Source: a virus. From it: a DNA stretch of 37,092 bases. The stretch is from UHGV virus genome UHGV-0225063. One strand, written 5' to 3'. This document shows positions 20,861-29,598 of this stretch, piece after piece; the stretch's first letter is position 1, and each line of letters starts with the position of its first letter. The notes below the pieces were generated by a model, which searched no databases, had not been told where the DNA came from, and was given only the letters and a program-made list of their open reading frames with translations. The position numbers were made by a program, and so were the translations under genes.

Positions 20861-21320
20861 TTACCACCCCACCAGCTTCTTTAAATCGGGAAATCAGGTC
20901 ACCGATTCTATGTTCATACTGACCGTAACCTGCACCAGGTAACGACGCCCAGATATTGCTGCAACGATCGATAGCCTGACGGATATCACCGCGATCAATC
21001 ATCGGTAAAGCGCCACGCTCTTTAATCTGCTGCAATGCCACTGCGTCCTGGCTTTTGGGGGAGAAGTCTTTCAATCCAAGCTGCTTACGATAGGCATCCC
21101 ACCAACGGGAAAGAAGCTGGTAACGGCCTGCAGCTGTTGATTTGAGTCTTGGGTTTAGCGTGACAAGTTTGCGAGGGTGATCTGAGTAATCAGTGAATAG
21201 CTCTCCTCCTACAATGACGTCATAACCATGATTTCTGGTTTTTTGACGTCCGTTATCAGTTCCTTCTGACCACGCCAGCATATCGAGAAACGCCTTACGT
21301 TGATTATTGATTTCCACCAT
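20844..21320 (-). CDS. R: Endolysin (lambda R-type lytic transglycosylase)
   Basis: 158 aa; [53 protein letters not shown]... is near-identical to lambda R as remembered. Confidence 0.9.
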   Translation of the reverse strand: MVEINNQRKAFLDMLAWSEGTDNGRQKTRNHGYDVIVGGELFTDYSDHPRKLVTLNPRLKSTAAGRYQLLSRWWDAYRKQLGLKDFSPKSQDAVALQQIKERGALPMIDRGDIRQAIDRCSNIWASLPGAGYGQYEHRIGDLISRFKEAGGVVNEVEI

Positions 21321-21627
21321 CTTCTACTCCGGCTTTTTTAGCAGCGAAGCGTTTGATAAGCGAACCAATCGAGTCAGTACCGATGTAGCCGATGAACACG
21401 CTCGTTATATAAGCGAGATTGCTACTTAGTCCGGCGAAGTCGAGAAGGTCACGAATGAACCAGGCGATAATGGCACACATCGTTGCGTCGATTACTGTTT
21501 TTGTAAACGCACCGCCATTATATCTGCCGCGAAGGTACGCCATTGCAAACGCAAGGATTGCCCCGATGCCTTGTTCCTTTGCCGCGAGAATCGCGGCTAA
21601 CAGGTCATGTTTTTCTGGCATCTTCAT
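21304..21627 (-). CDS. S: Holin (lambda S-type, class I)
   Basis: 107 aa; [39 protein letters not shown]... is near-identical to lambda S, including the Met1-Lys2-Met3 dual-start motif. Confidence 0.9.
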   Translation of the reverse strand: MKMPEKHDLLAAILAAKEQGIGAILAFAMAYLRGRYNGGAFTKTVIDATMCAIIAWFIRDLLDFAGLSSNLAYITSVFIGYIGTDSIGSLIKRFAAKKAGVEDGGNQ

Positions 21628-21742
21628 GTCTTACCCCCAAAAAGGGGATTTGCTCTATTTAATGAGGAATAAGGTCGATTACTGATAGAACAAATCCAGG
21701 CTACTGTGTTTAGTAATCAGATTTGTTCGTGACCGATATGCA

Positions 21743-21782
21743 CGGGCAAAACGGCAGGAGGTTGTTACCGCGACCTCCTGCC
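21743..21782 (-). terminator. GC-rich hairpin with short U-tract (candidate terminator/attenuator) upstream of S
   Basis: Minus strand: GGCAGGAGG-tcgcggtaacaa-CCTCCTGCC followed by GTTTTG; 9-bp perfect stem. Confidence 0.3.
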
Positions 21783-21869
21783 ACCCGCTTTCACGAAGGT
21801 CATGTGTAGAAGGCCGCAGCGTAACTATCACTGATGAATTCAGGATAGCCAGTGGCTACGGCTCAGTTA

Positions 21870-21945
21870 TGGTGCTGGTTAACGGACTTGAACCGCTACC
21901 CATTCGCTTACAAGGCGACTGCTCTACCATTGGAGCTAAACCAGC
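21870..21945 (-). tRNA. tRNA, anticodon UGU by manual folding (Thr)
   Basis: 76-nt minus-strand sequence GCTGGTT...AACCAGCACCA folds as a cloverleaf: 7-bp acceptor stem, D-loop with GG, T-loop TTCAAGT, encoded CCA. The anticodon stem has one G/A mismatch, so the isotype is tentative. Confidence 0.55.
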
Positions 21946-21950
21946 ATATT

Positions 21951-22025
21951 TGGCGGGACAGCGTGGACTCGAACCACGATAAGAAGGTTAACAGCCTTCC
22001 GTAATGACCTTTATACGACTGACCC
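21951..22025 (-). tRNA. tRNA, anticodon GUU by manual folding (Asn); slightly degenerate
   Basis: 75-nt minus-strand sequence GGGTCAG...CTGTCCCGCCA; anticodon arm GAAGG-CTGTTAA-CCTTC, T-arm CGTGG-TTCGAGT-CCACG, encoded CCA; one T/T mismatch in the acceptor stem and a 3-bp D-stem. Confidence 0.45.
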
Positions 22026-22026
22026 A

Positions 22027-22072
22027 AATAAAAAAAGCCACCGTTGCAACTTAAGAGTCACTAACGGCAGCT
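22027..22072 (-). terminator. Intrinsic terminator just downstream of Q (tR'-like candidate)
   Basis: Minus strand: GCTGCCGTT-(17-nt loop)-AACGGTGGC followed by TTTTTTTATTT. A TTGACA hexamer lies immediately after the Q stop codon (pR'-like candidate). Confidence 0.4.
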
Positions 22073-22116
22073 TATGCCAATAGTGTTGCTCATTTGCTCA
22101 ATGATGTCAACACGTT

Positions 22117-22629
22117 CTATGCTACATGTTTAATTTTCTCTACACGTTTCCGATTTTTAAACGCACTATCCAGAACCGGGTAAATCATAAACAACGAGGC
22201 ATTAAGGATTTCGTCAACTTCCCGTCGACAGGTTGCGAGCGATGGTTTTTGAATGCGCCCGCCGCCACGGCATAACATCTTGCGAGGTCTTGCGACGCGA
22301 TGATAGTAAGATGCAATGGCGTGCTTGGAAGAGCCATGAGCGTAGTAGCTGAGGAGGATTCCAAAGGCTTTCTTGTCAATGTACATGACGGAATCGACGA
22401 CCTGAGAAATCAACATTCCATCATCATCATTACACATTGGCCTTGTCATAACTCTTCCCGGCTCTACGCTCTCCATGAACTTCGCTATTACGCTGCTCAT
22501 GCGCTTTTCCAGACGACCTGAATAAACCCATGCGCCCCACAGTTCAAGCCAGCCATTCAGCCACTCATGCTGTTCTTTGGTGAGGTTTAGTTCTCTTATG
22601 CCCACGCGTCTTCGCGCTGGTTTAGCCAT
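22117..22629 (-). CDS. Q: Late-gene antiterminator Q (non-lambda type)
   Basis: 170-aa ORF immediately upstream of the tRNA/lysis region; the motif ELWGAWVYSGRLEKR resembles phage antitermination-Q family proteins as remembered; differs from lambda Q. Confidence 0.65.
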   Translation of the reverse strand: MAKPARRRVGIRELNLTKEQHEWLNGWLELWGAWVYSGRLEKRMSSVIAKFMESVEPGRVMTRPMCNDDDGMLISQVVDSVMYIDKKAFGILLSYYAHGSSKHAIASYYHRVARPRKMLCRGGGRIQKPSLATCRREVDEILNASLFMIYPVLDSAFKNRKRVEKIKHVA

Positions 22630-22855
22630 CGTCTTCTTCCTCGTACATTGAGCTATTCGGATCGCTCATCAGTTCTGCGCAGCAATCTGAGCACACGTGA
22701 ACTTCCAGCACATGCAGCTTCTGACCGCAGTTAGCGCACGTTAAAGCCCGCTCGACGCTTTCTTTCTGGTATTGAAGGGATTGGGATGGGCTAAGCATGG
22801 CTTTCACCATTAAAAAGTCGCTTGTAAGCATCAATGTCTCGTTTTGCTTCACCAA
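22622..22855 (-). CDS. Small zinc-ribbon protein (hypothetical)
   Basis: 77 aa with CANCG...CSDCC (two CxxC pairs); overlaps the Q start by 8 nt. Confidence 0.35.
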   Translation of the reverse strand: MVKQNETLMLTSDFLMVKAMLSPSQSLQYQKESVERALTCANCGQKLHVLEVHVCSDCCAELMSDPNSSMYEEEDDG

Positions 22856-23234
22856 GCTTTCGTCTTAATTCCATATTTTCTGATTCAAGCTTTTCCATGT
22901 CTTGTTGGTATCGATCGCGGTGTTCTTTCCATGCTTTTTGATACGCCTTCATGTATGTCATGTTGGCCTTTCTCTTTGCCTGACGAACTGCGTGGTGGTT
23001 TTTCACAAACCAGTCAGGGTCGTTAAATGCTGCTCTGGCGCATGTATACCAATAATTTGTTGCCTCCATGTTTAGCCAATAAATACTGATAAATGGCAAC
23101 CGGATAGACACCATTTTTCGTTGTGACTCTTTCTCGCCAAACATGTGGCCTTTTTTGATGCTAAGTCCAAATCCAGGTTGAATTAAAAGCATTGTCATTT
23201 CCTCGCACGATGTCTTAGCCACCGGATATCCCAC
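22791..23234 (-). CDS. Hypothetical protein with basic coiled-coil C-terminus
   Basis: 147-aa ORF; C-terminal heptad-like basic helix ([41 protein letters not shown]); start uncertain. Confidence 0.35.
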   Translation of the reverse strand: MGYPVAKTSCEEMTMLLIQPGFGLSIKKGHMFGEKESQRKMVSIRLPFISIYWLNMEATNYWYTCARAAFNDPDWFVKNHHAVRQAKRKANMTYMKAYQKAWKEHRDRYQQDMEKLESENMELRRKLGEAKRDIDAYKRLFNGESHA

Positions 23235-23402
23235 AGGTGAGCCGTGTAGTTGAAGGTTTTTACGTCAGATTCTTTTGGGATTGGCTTGGGTTTATTTCTG
23301 GAGCGTTTCGTTGGAAGGTATTTGCAGTTTTCGCAGATGATGTCGGTGATGCTTCGTCGCTGTCGCCTCATGCCGCCCTCCTGACGCCCTGCCCGATCGC
23401 CA

Positions 23403-23897
23403 TCAATGCCGCTTGGATACGGTAGTAAACATCCGTCGAGGACTGATGAACGGCCGCCAAATCAGCAGCATGGAGCCTTTGCTGTTTCCCTTCTTCTCCA
23501 GCCCCGTCGATGGTTCGATAAAATTAATCCGTCCATCAGTGATAATGCGAACTTCGTCGACACTCTCCAGAGCCTTGCTGAACCATCCGACTGACATATC
23601 CTCTGGCACAAGCATAACTACCGTCTGTCGCTGTTGTATGCACTGCTCAGCGGCTTTTTCCACCCACGGCCTGATATTGCTGTACGGTGGGTTATTCCAG
23701 ATTGCACCGTGGCTTACCCACTCAGAATTGAGCGCGTCGTCGACCTCAGTTAGCCAGTGAGCGCACAGAGCGTTTTTGTCGCTCGCAGCTGAATCCAGCC
23801 AGAATCCAAACTCAATATCCAGTGCATCAAAAAGCCAAAGCGGCGTTTGCCAGCAGTCTCTAACTTCTTTTGGTGTTTCTGATTTATGCTTAATCAT
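23403..23897 (-). CDS. DNA N6-adenine methyltransferase (phage Dam-type, orphan)
   Basis: 164 aa with an NPPY catalytic motif ([10 protein letters not shown]) and an N-terminal region typical of phage Dam methylases; no adjacent restriction gene. Confidence 0.7.
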   Translation of the reverse strand: MIKHKSETPKEVRDCWQTPLWLFDALDIEFGFWLDSAASDKNALCAHWLTEVDDALNSEWVSHGAIWNNPPYSNIRPWVEKAAEQCIQQRQTVVMLVPEDMSVGWFSKALESVDEVRIITDGRINFIEPSTGLEKKGNSKGSMLLIWRPFISPRRMFTTVSKRH

Positions 23898-24441
23898 TCA
23901 ACCCTCGCATATTGTCCGTGATATTAGCCTCACTGGCAACCAAACCAGCAAGCTCAAGATCTTCATAGAACCCAAAATGCAACCGGCCAAAATCTGTGCG
24001 CACTTGAACGGCCCATTTATTTTTTTGCTTGTTCCATAAAACATTTTTTATTCCAGAACGGCTATTGCACTTAGTTTTCTGATTTCGGCTGTTTGCTATC
24101 CGGTTTGCCTCCCTAAGATTTTTTGGGGAATTGTCCAGCCTGTTTCCGTTAATATGGTCAATATTTTTCAATGGCATTCTTTTGTTGTGCAGCGCAAAAA
24201 CAACTACGTGAACAAACATCTGAATGCCTGCAAAACACACCTGTCTATACCCAGATCCATTTATCGATGTTTTAATTTCATCTCCGGCCCGGTGGCTGTG
24301 GTTGGGGTGTTTTAGCGAGTCCTTTTTGTATCTGACTGTATCTCCGTCTAAATACAGATAATCCTCAATAAGCCGATACCTATCTGACGCTGGTGTATTT
24401 GATTTGATAGTCATGCAGCCTTCCCTTTTCGTTGTGACCAT
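23890..24441 (-). CDS. HNH homing-type endonuclease with AP2-like DNA-binding domain
   Basis: 183 aa; HNH motif IDHINGNRLDNSPKNLR and an AP2-like segment WNKQKNKWAVQVRTDFGRLHFGFYEDLELAG. Confidence 0.7.
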   Translation of the reverse strand: MVTTKREGCMTIKSNTPASDRYRLIEDYLYLDGDTVRYKKDSLKHPNHSHRAGDEIKTSINGSGYRQVCFAGIQMFVHVVVFALHNKRMPLKNIDHINGNRLDNSPKNLREANRIANSRNQKTKCNSRSGIKNVLWNKQKNKWAVQVRTDFGRLHFGFYEDLELAGLVASEANITDNMRGLND

Positions 24442-24857
24442 TCATACTCTCGCCGGGAGTCATCACTCCACCGCACGTTGCGCTCTGAGCCGAACCAGAA
24501 CATGATTTCGATAAGCTCAGTCATGCTGGCCTTTCGCATTTTGCTGGTACGCACGCCAAGCATGACAACGCCACCGTCGATACCAGGAACACTTCGTTGC
24601 TCCAGTTTTTTGGTCTTAAGCCACAGGGCAGTGAACAGGTCTTTCCAGTCTTCCGGTGCCAGCCGTTGACCATGCCATAGCACCTGACGCGAAACATCGT
24701 TCAGCATCGGCCACATACGGTCATTCTGCGCTTTGCTGCGTTTGGGTTCTTTAAGGTGGACTTCGTGGGGTGACTTGTCGTCGATGGGAAGTGAGAGTAT
24801 TGCGTCTATGGCGTTATTTCTGATTGCTTCGTTGCGAAGCATGTATATTTGCTTCAT
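24411..24857 (-). CDS. ninB: NinB (Orf-family recombination mediator)
   Basis: 148 aa; conserved stretches (QNDRMWPMLNDVSRQVLWHGQRL...WSDDSRREYEW...AA) parallel lambda NinB as recalled. Confidence 0.8.
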   Translation of the reverse strand: MKQIYMLRNEAIRNNAIDAILSLPIDDKSPHEVHLKEPKRSKAQNDRMWPMLNDVSRQVLWHGQRLAPEDWKDLFTALWLKTKKLEQRSVPGIDGGVVMLGVRTSKMRKASMTELIEIMFWFGSERNVRWSDDSRREYEWSQRKGKAA

Positions 24858-25131
24858 CGAAATTCTTCTCTTTAATTCCAGCGGATCTGATAGCTTTCAT
24901 TACTGCAATTACCGTTTTGTCTCTCCCATCCTCATAACCCATCGCATAAGCACCTTCTTCACCATCTTTCCAAAAGTCGTCATTCGATTCGGGCCAGTCG
25001 ATATCCAGTTCAATAGCAGAGCGCGATGCCTGCCATATCACCCAGGCAAACTCTTTTAATTCATCGTCTCCCGTGAACTGGCTTTTGTCTTTTGACCACC
25101 AGTTTTCAAACTGTCGGTAGCTATCGTTCAC
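24814..25131 (-). CDS. Hypothetical acidic protein, possibly with a GTG start
   Basis: ORF 24814..25146 has no ATG near its 5' end; a GTG preceded by GGGGGAGAGGGAA sits where lambda has the ninB start after tR2. Confidence 0.35.
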   Translation of the reverse strand: MNDSYRQFENWWSKDKSQFTGDDELKEFAWVIWQASRSAIELDIDWPESNDDFWKDGEEGAYAMGYEDGRDKTVIAVMKAIRSAGIKEKNFDEANIHASQRSNQK

Positions 25132-25142
25132 TTCCCTCTCCC

Positions 25143-25176
25143 CCAAATAAAAAGGCCTGCGATTACCAGCAGGCCT
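25143..25176 (-). terminator. Intrinsic terminator (lambda tR2-like)
   Basis: Minus strand: AGGCCTGC-tggtaatc-GCAGGCCT followed by TTTTTATTT; matches my recollection of lambda tR2 downstream of ren. Confidence 0.65.
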
Positions 25177-25201
25177 GTTATTAGCTCAGTGATGTAGATG
25201 G

Positions 25202-25492
25202 TCATCTTTTAACTCCATATACCGCCAATACCCGTTTCATCGCTGCACTCTGGCGACACTCCTTAAAAATCAGGTTCGTGCTCACCTTTCCTTCCCGTTC
25301 TTCCCTGGTAGCAAACCGGTAATACACCGTTCGCCAGACCTTACCATCAATGACCAGGATTCCTGCCCGCGCCATTTTAGCCGCAGCCTGATTTATGCTG
25401 GTTACTGTTGCGCCTGTTAGCGCGGCAACGTCCGGCGCACAGAAGCTATTATGCGTCCCCAGGTAATGAATAATTGCCTCTTTGCCCGTCAT
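25202..25492 (-). CDS. ren: Ren (resistance to Rex exclusion)
   Basis: 96 aa, near-identical to lambda Ren as recalled (MTGKEAIIHYLGTHNSFCAPDVAALTGATV...). Confidence 0.9.
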   Translation of the reverse strand: MTGKEAIIHYLGTHNSFCAPDVAALTGATVTSINQAAAKMARAGILVIDGKVWRTVYYRFATREEREGKVSTNLIFKECRQSAAMKRVLAVYGVKR

Positions 25493-26190
25493 ACACTTGC
25501 TCCTTTCAGTCCGAACTTAGCTTTAATTTCTGCGATCTTCGCCAGCGCCTGAACACGATTTAGAGGTCTGCCGCCCATGACAGGAAGTTGTTTTACTGGT
25601 TCAGGTATCGTCTCACCACGGTTAATTCGCGCTGTCATACAGGTCAGTTCATCGGCAGCCTTGCGTCGTAATTCCGCGTCAGTCAGCGCATTGGCCCGCA
25701 TGTTCTGGTACAGGTTGGTAACCAGCCAGTAGTGCGCGTTCGATTTCCACGGATAAGACTCTGCATCCGGATACAGGCCTCGCTTCCGGCAATACTCGTA
25801 AACCATATCAACCAGCTCGCTGACGTTTGGCAGTCCGGCGATAACGGATGCTTCTTCCCGGCACCATGCAACAAACTGCCCGGGTGATGGAAGAAATGGT
25901 CGATTCTGCCGACGGGCTACGCGCATTCCTGCGTTAACCTGTTCCATCGAGGTGATCCCGTTTTCCCGGAAAGCCAGAACCCACTGGCGGCGGATTTCAT
26001 TCAGTTCGTTCTGGTCCCGGTTAGCCAGACTCGCCGGGAAAGTTGCCAGTAACTGGCTGAACACACCGTTGATGATCTGCGCTACCTGTTGTACCTGCGG
26101 CTTTTCGTCGTACTGTTCCGGCATGTTGTTGGCGATCCGACGCATCTGCTCACGGTCAAAGTTAACCATCTGTGCGGCGATGTTTTTCAT
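25489..26190 (-). CDS. P: Replication protein P (DnaB helicase loader)
   Basis: 233 aa, near-identical to lambda P as recalled (MKNIAAQMVNFDREQMRRIANNMPEQYDEKPQ...). Confidence 0.95.
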   Translation of the reverse strand: MKNIAAQMVNFDREQMRRIANNMPEQYDEKPQVQQVAQIINGVFSQLLATFPASLANRDQNELNEIRRQWVLAFRENGITSMEQVNAGMRVARRQNRPFLPSPGQFVAWCREEASVIAGLPNVSELVDMVYEYCRKRGLYPDAESYPWKSNAHYWLVTNLYQNMRANALTDAELRRKAADELTCMTARINRGETIPEPVKQLPVMGGRPLNRVQALAKIAEIKAKFGLKGASV

Positions 26191-27125
26191 AAATCCACCC
26201 CGTAAATCCAGTCAGTGTTTGTCAGGTCGAGTTTTGGTTTTCCAGCTGTCACGCCAGCCTGTTGCTTGTTACGGTTGATTTCGAGCTGGGTCCACTTGTC
26301 GCGGAGTTTGGCCGGACTTAGCACGTTACCGGACCAGAAGTTGTCCTGGCATGCCCAGCGGAACAGCACGCACATGTCGCGGTGGTTACGTCCGTCACGT
26401 TCACGCATCAGGCGGATATCGTTAGCCCACCCTGCAAAATTCGGTTTTCTGGCTGATGGTGCGATGGTCTTCACCATGTCAAACATCCACTCTGCGGCGG
26501 TCAGGTCTTCTGCTGTTCCCCACTTGCTGCCGCTCTGAATTGCAGCATCCGGTTTAACCACAGAAAGATCGTTTTCTGGCTGGTCAGAGGATTCGCCAGA
26601 ATTCTCGGACGAATAATCTTTTCTTTTTTCTTTTGTAATAGTGTCTTTTGTGTCCCCCTGTTTTGAGGGATAGCAATCCCCTAATTTGAGGGATGTTTTA
26701 TCCCTCGTTTTAGGGGATTTTCCCTCGTTTTGAGGGATGTCCCTCATTTTAGGGGAACCTCCCTCGTTTTGAGGGATGCACCATTCTGAGATGTTTTTAT
26801 TTGGTCCAAACATGCCGCCTTGCTGCTTGATAATATTCATTCTGACGAGTTCTAACTTGGCTTCATTGCACCGTTTGACAGGTAACTTTGTAATCTCGCT
26901 AAGTTGAGAATCGGTGATTCTGTCCATTGGTTTATTCCACCCATAGGTTTTACGCAGAATGGCAAGCAGCACTTTAAACTGTCGCTTGGTCAGATCTGCG
27001 CCTGAATAAGCCTCAATCAGCATATTTGATAGTCTGGCGTAACCATCATCGAGATCTGCCACATTACGCTCCTGTTTGGCAAAGTTACCTCTGCAGAAGT
27101 TGAGTATTTTTGCTGTATTTGTCAT
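26187..27125 (-). CDS. O: Replication initiator O
   Basis: 312 aa, near-identical to lambda O as recalled, with a 13-aa insertion (GSPKMRDIPQNEG) in the iteron-encoded linker. Confidence 0.95.
   Translation of the reverse strand: MTNTAKILNFCRGNFAKQERNVADLDDGYARLSNMLIEAYSGADLTKRQFKVLLAILRKTYGWNKPMDRITDSQLSEITKLPVKRCNEAKLELVRMNIIKQQGGMFGPNKNISEWCIPQNEGGSPKMRDIPQNEGKSPKTRDKTSLKLGDCYPSKQGDTKDTITKEKRKDYSSENSGESSDQPENDLSVVKPDAAIQSGSKWGTAEDLTAAEWMFDMVKTIAPSARKPNFAGWANDIRLMRERDGRNHRDMCVLFRWACQDNFWSGNVLSPAKLRDKWTQLEINRNKQQAGVTAGKPKLDLTNTDWIYGVDL
26652..26777. repeat. ori-lambda-type iteron array, six ~19-bp repeats
   Basis: Six tandem copies of the TCCCTCGTTTTGAGGGAT consensus counted in the sequence; an AT-rich tract lies at about 26610-26650. 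Confidence 0.8.
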
Positions 27126-27157
27126 AATGACTCCTGTGGATTGATCCAGTAATGACC

Positions 27158-27457
27158 TCAGAACTCCATCTGGATTTGTTCAGAACGCTCGGTCTTGCAC
27201 ACCGGGCGTTTTTTCTTTGTGATTTCATCAAGCGCATACTTAAAAGCCCTGCTAATCGGACTGATGTCTGATGCCATTCCGAAAGCACACAAGACCGAAG
27301 CAATAAATCTCCAGTCCGTTCTGCTTATCTTCGATTCATGACAGCCAATCATCTTTGCCAGACCGCGCTGGGTAAGCGTTGACAGGTTGATGAGTAAATC
27401 TGTTTCTGCGCGATCAACGTCGCGCTGTGATAGTTTGCTGTAACTTGTTTGTTCCAT
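27158..27457 (-). CDS. cII: CII-like transcriptional activator (mosaic: non-lambda N-terminal part, lambda-like C-terminus)
   Basis: 99 aa; C-terminus KKKRPVCKTERSEQIQMEF parallels lambda CII (…KKRPAATERSEQIQMEF, from memory) while the N-terminal/HTH region differs. Confidence 0.7.
   Translation of the reverse strand: MEQTSYSKLSQRDVDRAETDLLINLSTLTQRGLAKMIGCHESKISRTDWRFIASVLCAFGMASDISPISRAFKYALDEITKKKRPVCKTERSEQIQMEF
27435..27448 (+). promoter_or_regulatory. CII-binding-type site (TTGC-N6-TTGT), pRE-like -35 region
   Basis: TTGCtgtaacTTGT inside the 5' end of cII on the opposite strand, where lambda pRE carries TTGC-N6-TTGC. Confidence 0.4.
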
Positions 27458-27542
27458 TTCTTAAGATTTCCAATAGTGAATAGTTAGTTGAAAGGTATGC
27501 GTGGAAACGCATATGGCCTTAGTTGGTCAGATATCTTGGGGC

Positions 27543-27588
27543 TCGCTTTGTCAGCGACGTAGGACGAATGTCCATTGTGAAAAGAGCG
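27543..27588 (-). promoter_or_regulatory. nutR-like site: boxA-like CGCTCTTTT plus boxB hairpin TCGCTGACAAAGCGA
   Basis: Read on the minus strand in the cro-cII interval; the boxB loop/stem matches the one downstream of pL. Confidence 0.45.
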
Positions 27589-27595
27589 GTGTTAC

Positions 27596-27796
27596 TTATG
27601 CAGTTGTTTTTTTGTTACTTGGGAAGGGCTTTATTTCTTCCGCATAAACGCTTCCATCAGCGTTTATAGTTAAAAAAATCTTTCGGCCTGCATGAATGGC
27701 CTTGTTAATCGCGCTTTGATATACGCCGAGATCTTTAGCCGTCTTGGTTTGCCCAAAGCGTATTGCATAATCTTTCAGGGTTATGCGTTGTTCCAT
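27596..27796 (-). CDS. cro: Cro repressor
   Basis: 66 aa, near-identical to lambda Cro as recalled ([42 protein letters not shown]...). Confidence 0.95.
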   Translation of the reverse strand: MEQRITLKDYAIRFGQTKTAKDLGVYQSAINKAIHAGRKIFLTINADGSVYAEEIKPFPSNKKTTA

Positions 27797-27820
27797 ACAA
27801 CCTCCTTAGTACAGGCAATC

Positions 27821-27890
27821 ATTATCACCGCTAGAGGTATAATAGTCAACACGCACGGTGTTAGATATTTATCCCTTGCGGTGATAGATT
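27821..27890. promoter_or_regulatory. Right operator: OR1 (27823-27839), OR2 (27847-27863), OR3 (27870-27886), with divergent pR (minus) and pRM (plus)
   Basis: Three 17-bp lambda-type operators; pR -35 TTGACT and -10 GATAAT on the minus strand; pRM -35 TAGATA and -10 TAGATT on the plus strand with leaderless cI. Confidence 0.85.
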
Positions 27891-27893
27891 TAA

Positions 27894-28610
<717 letters not shown>

Positions 28611-28709
28611 TGTGACTGCATGTAATTTATCAAAAGCGCACATACCCTATGCTAAACAACTTACTGATTAATTTACTGAAAATCATTTATTAAAAAATAA
28701 GGATTGCCA

Positions 28710-29561
28710 ATGAATTTTTCGGAAGAAAAAAATAAAGATTTCCCCAAAAAAGTACAAACTTCGCTATTTGAAGTAGATTGTAATGACGGATGCTCATTTG
28801 TAGATGTCTTGAAGACATGCGAAAATTTCAAACAAAACTATGACTTTGAGTACTCTAACGACACTCGGGCAAGGATAAAAAGTCTAATAGTTAACGATGA
28901 CCAAATCTTTGCTGGGATAACACTCTATGAGCCCAAAGCTTTGGTCCCGGTAACTCCAAAAGATGGAGACCATAACGATTTGCAGGATGTAGATAATTAT
29001 GATAAATGCCATATATTCTTGCTTGCAACAGAAAGCAATATTCTAACAATTTTTCAACTATCAGGAACTCATCCTTTATCTAAGTTAAAAAAAATATTTA
29101 GCCTCATGAATATCAATGTGAATATTTCTGAGAAACTCAACAAAGATGCACTTGGCAAGATAATAAAAGATGGAATACGCTCCATCAGCCTAAGTATTGA
29201 AACAACAAAAGAAGATCTAGAAGAGGCAAAAGCAACATCATTAGGTATCACTGGAAAAGCTAAAGAAGCTTTATCAAGATTATTTGATAAAGAGCAAGAT
29301 GATGACAACTCTTTCTATGGGCTTCTGACTCTTGACAAGAGACATAACCCAAAACTCTTAAATATTGCGAACAAAAATCCAAGCCTGATCATTGATGAAT
29401 TATCGGAAGAGTTCTTCATCACAACATCAAAAGGCCAAGCGATCAAAAGCTCTGAAATCAAAACAAAAAAAGATTATTACACAAGAAAGTATGGCTCTAC
29501 CACCATAAAAGCGGAACACGCTAAGGAAATTCTTGAGCACTTCAAGGATTTCATACTATAA
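28710..29561 (+). CDS. Unknown soluble protein (~284 aa), first gene of the cassette in the rexA position
   Basis: ATG at 28710 with an AAGGA Shine-Dalgarno (the ORF-track start at 28704 is a TTG); about 28% GC over the first 60 nt; no motif I recognise. Confidence 0.6.
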   Translation: MNFSEEKNKDFPKKVQTSLFEVDCNDGCSFVDVLKTCENFKQNYDFEYSNDTRARIKSLIVNDDQIFAGITLYEPKALVPVTPKDGDHNDLQDVDNYDKCHIFLLATESNILTIFQLSGTHPLSKLKKIFSLMNINVNISEKLNKDALGKIIKDGIRSISLSIETTKEDLEEAKATSLGITGKAKEALSRLFDKEQDDDNSFYGLLTLDKRHNPKLLNIANKNPSLIIDELSEEFFITTSKGQAIKSSEIKTKKDYYTRKYGSTTIKAEHAKEILEHFKDFIL

Positions 29562-29598
29562 TGGAGGGTTGTACGTATAACCAAAGGGGGAGGTATGA

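Noticed and set aside
21628-21870. Possible Shiga-toxin or other toxin cargo between the tRNA genes and S, as in Stx phages
   Set aside because: Only about 240 bp separate the tRNAs from the holin start, and no ORF of toxin size is present; the interval holds just a hairpin.
25202-25492. Considered whether ren together with a rex system forms an exclusion/anti-exclusion pair in this prophage
   Set aside because: ren is present but canonical rexA/rexB are not. The cassette at the rex position is not recognisably Rex, so any functional link is speculation, kept only as context for the cassette finding.
26652-26777. Tandem ~19-bp repeats that superficially resemble a short CRISPR array
   Set aside because: The repeats are directly adjacent with no spacers, lie inside the O coding sequence next to an AT-rich tract, and match the lambda ori iteron consensus. 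This is a replication origin, not CRISPR.
27085-27303. Minus-strand ORF of 72 aa overlapping the cII-O junction
   Set aside because: Out of frame with and embedded in the cII and O coding regions, both of which are strongly supported; no independent signals.
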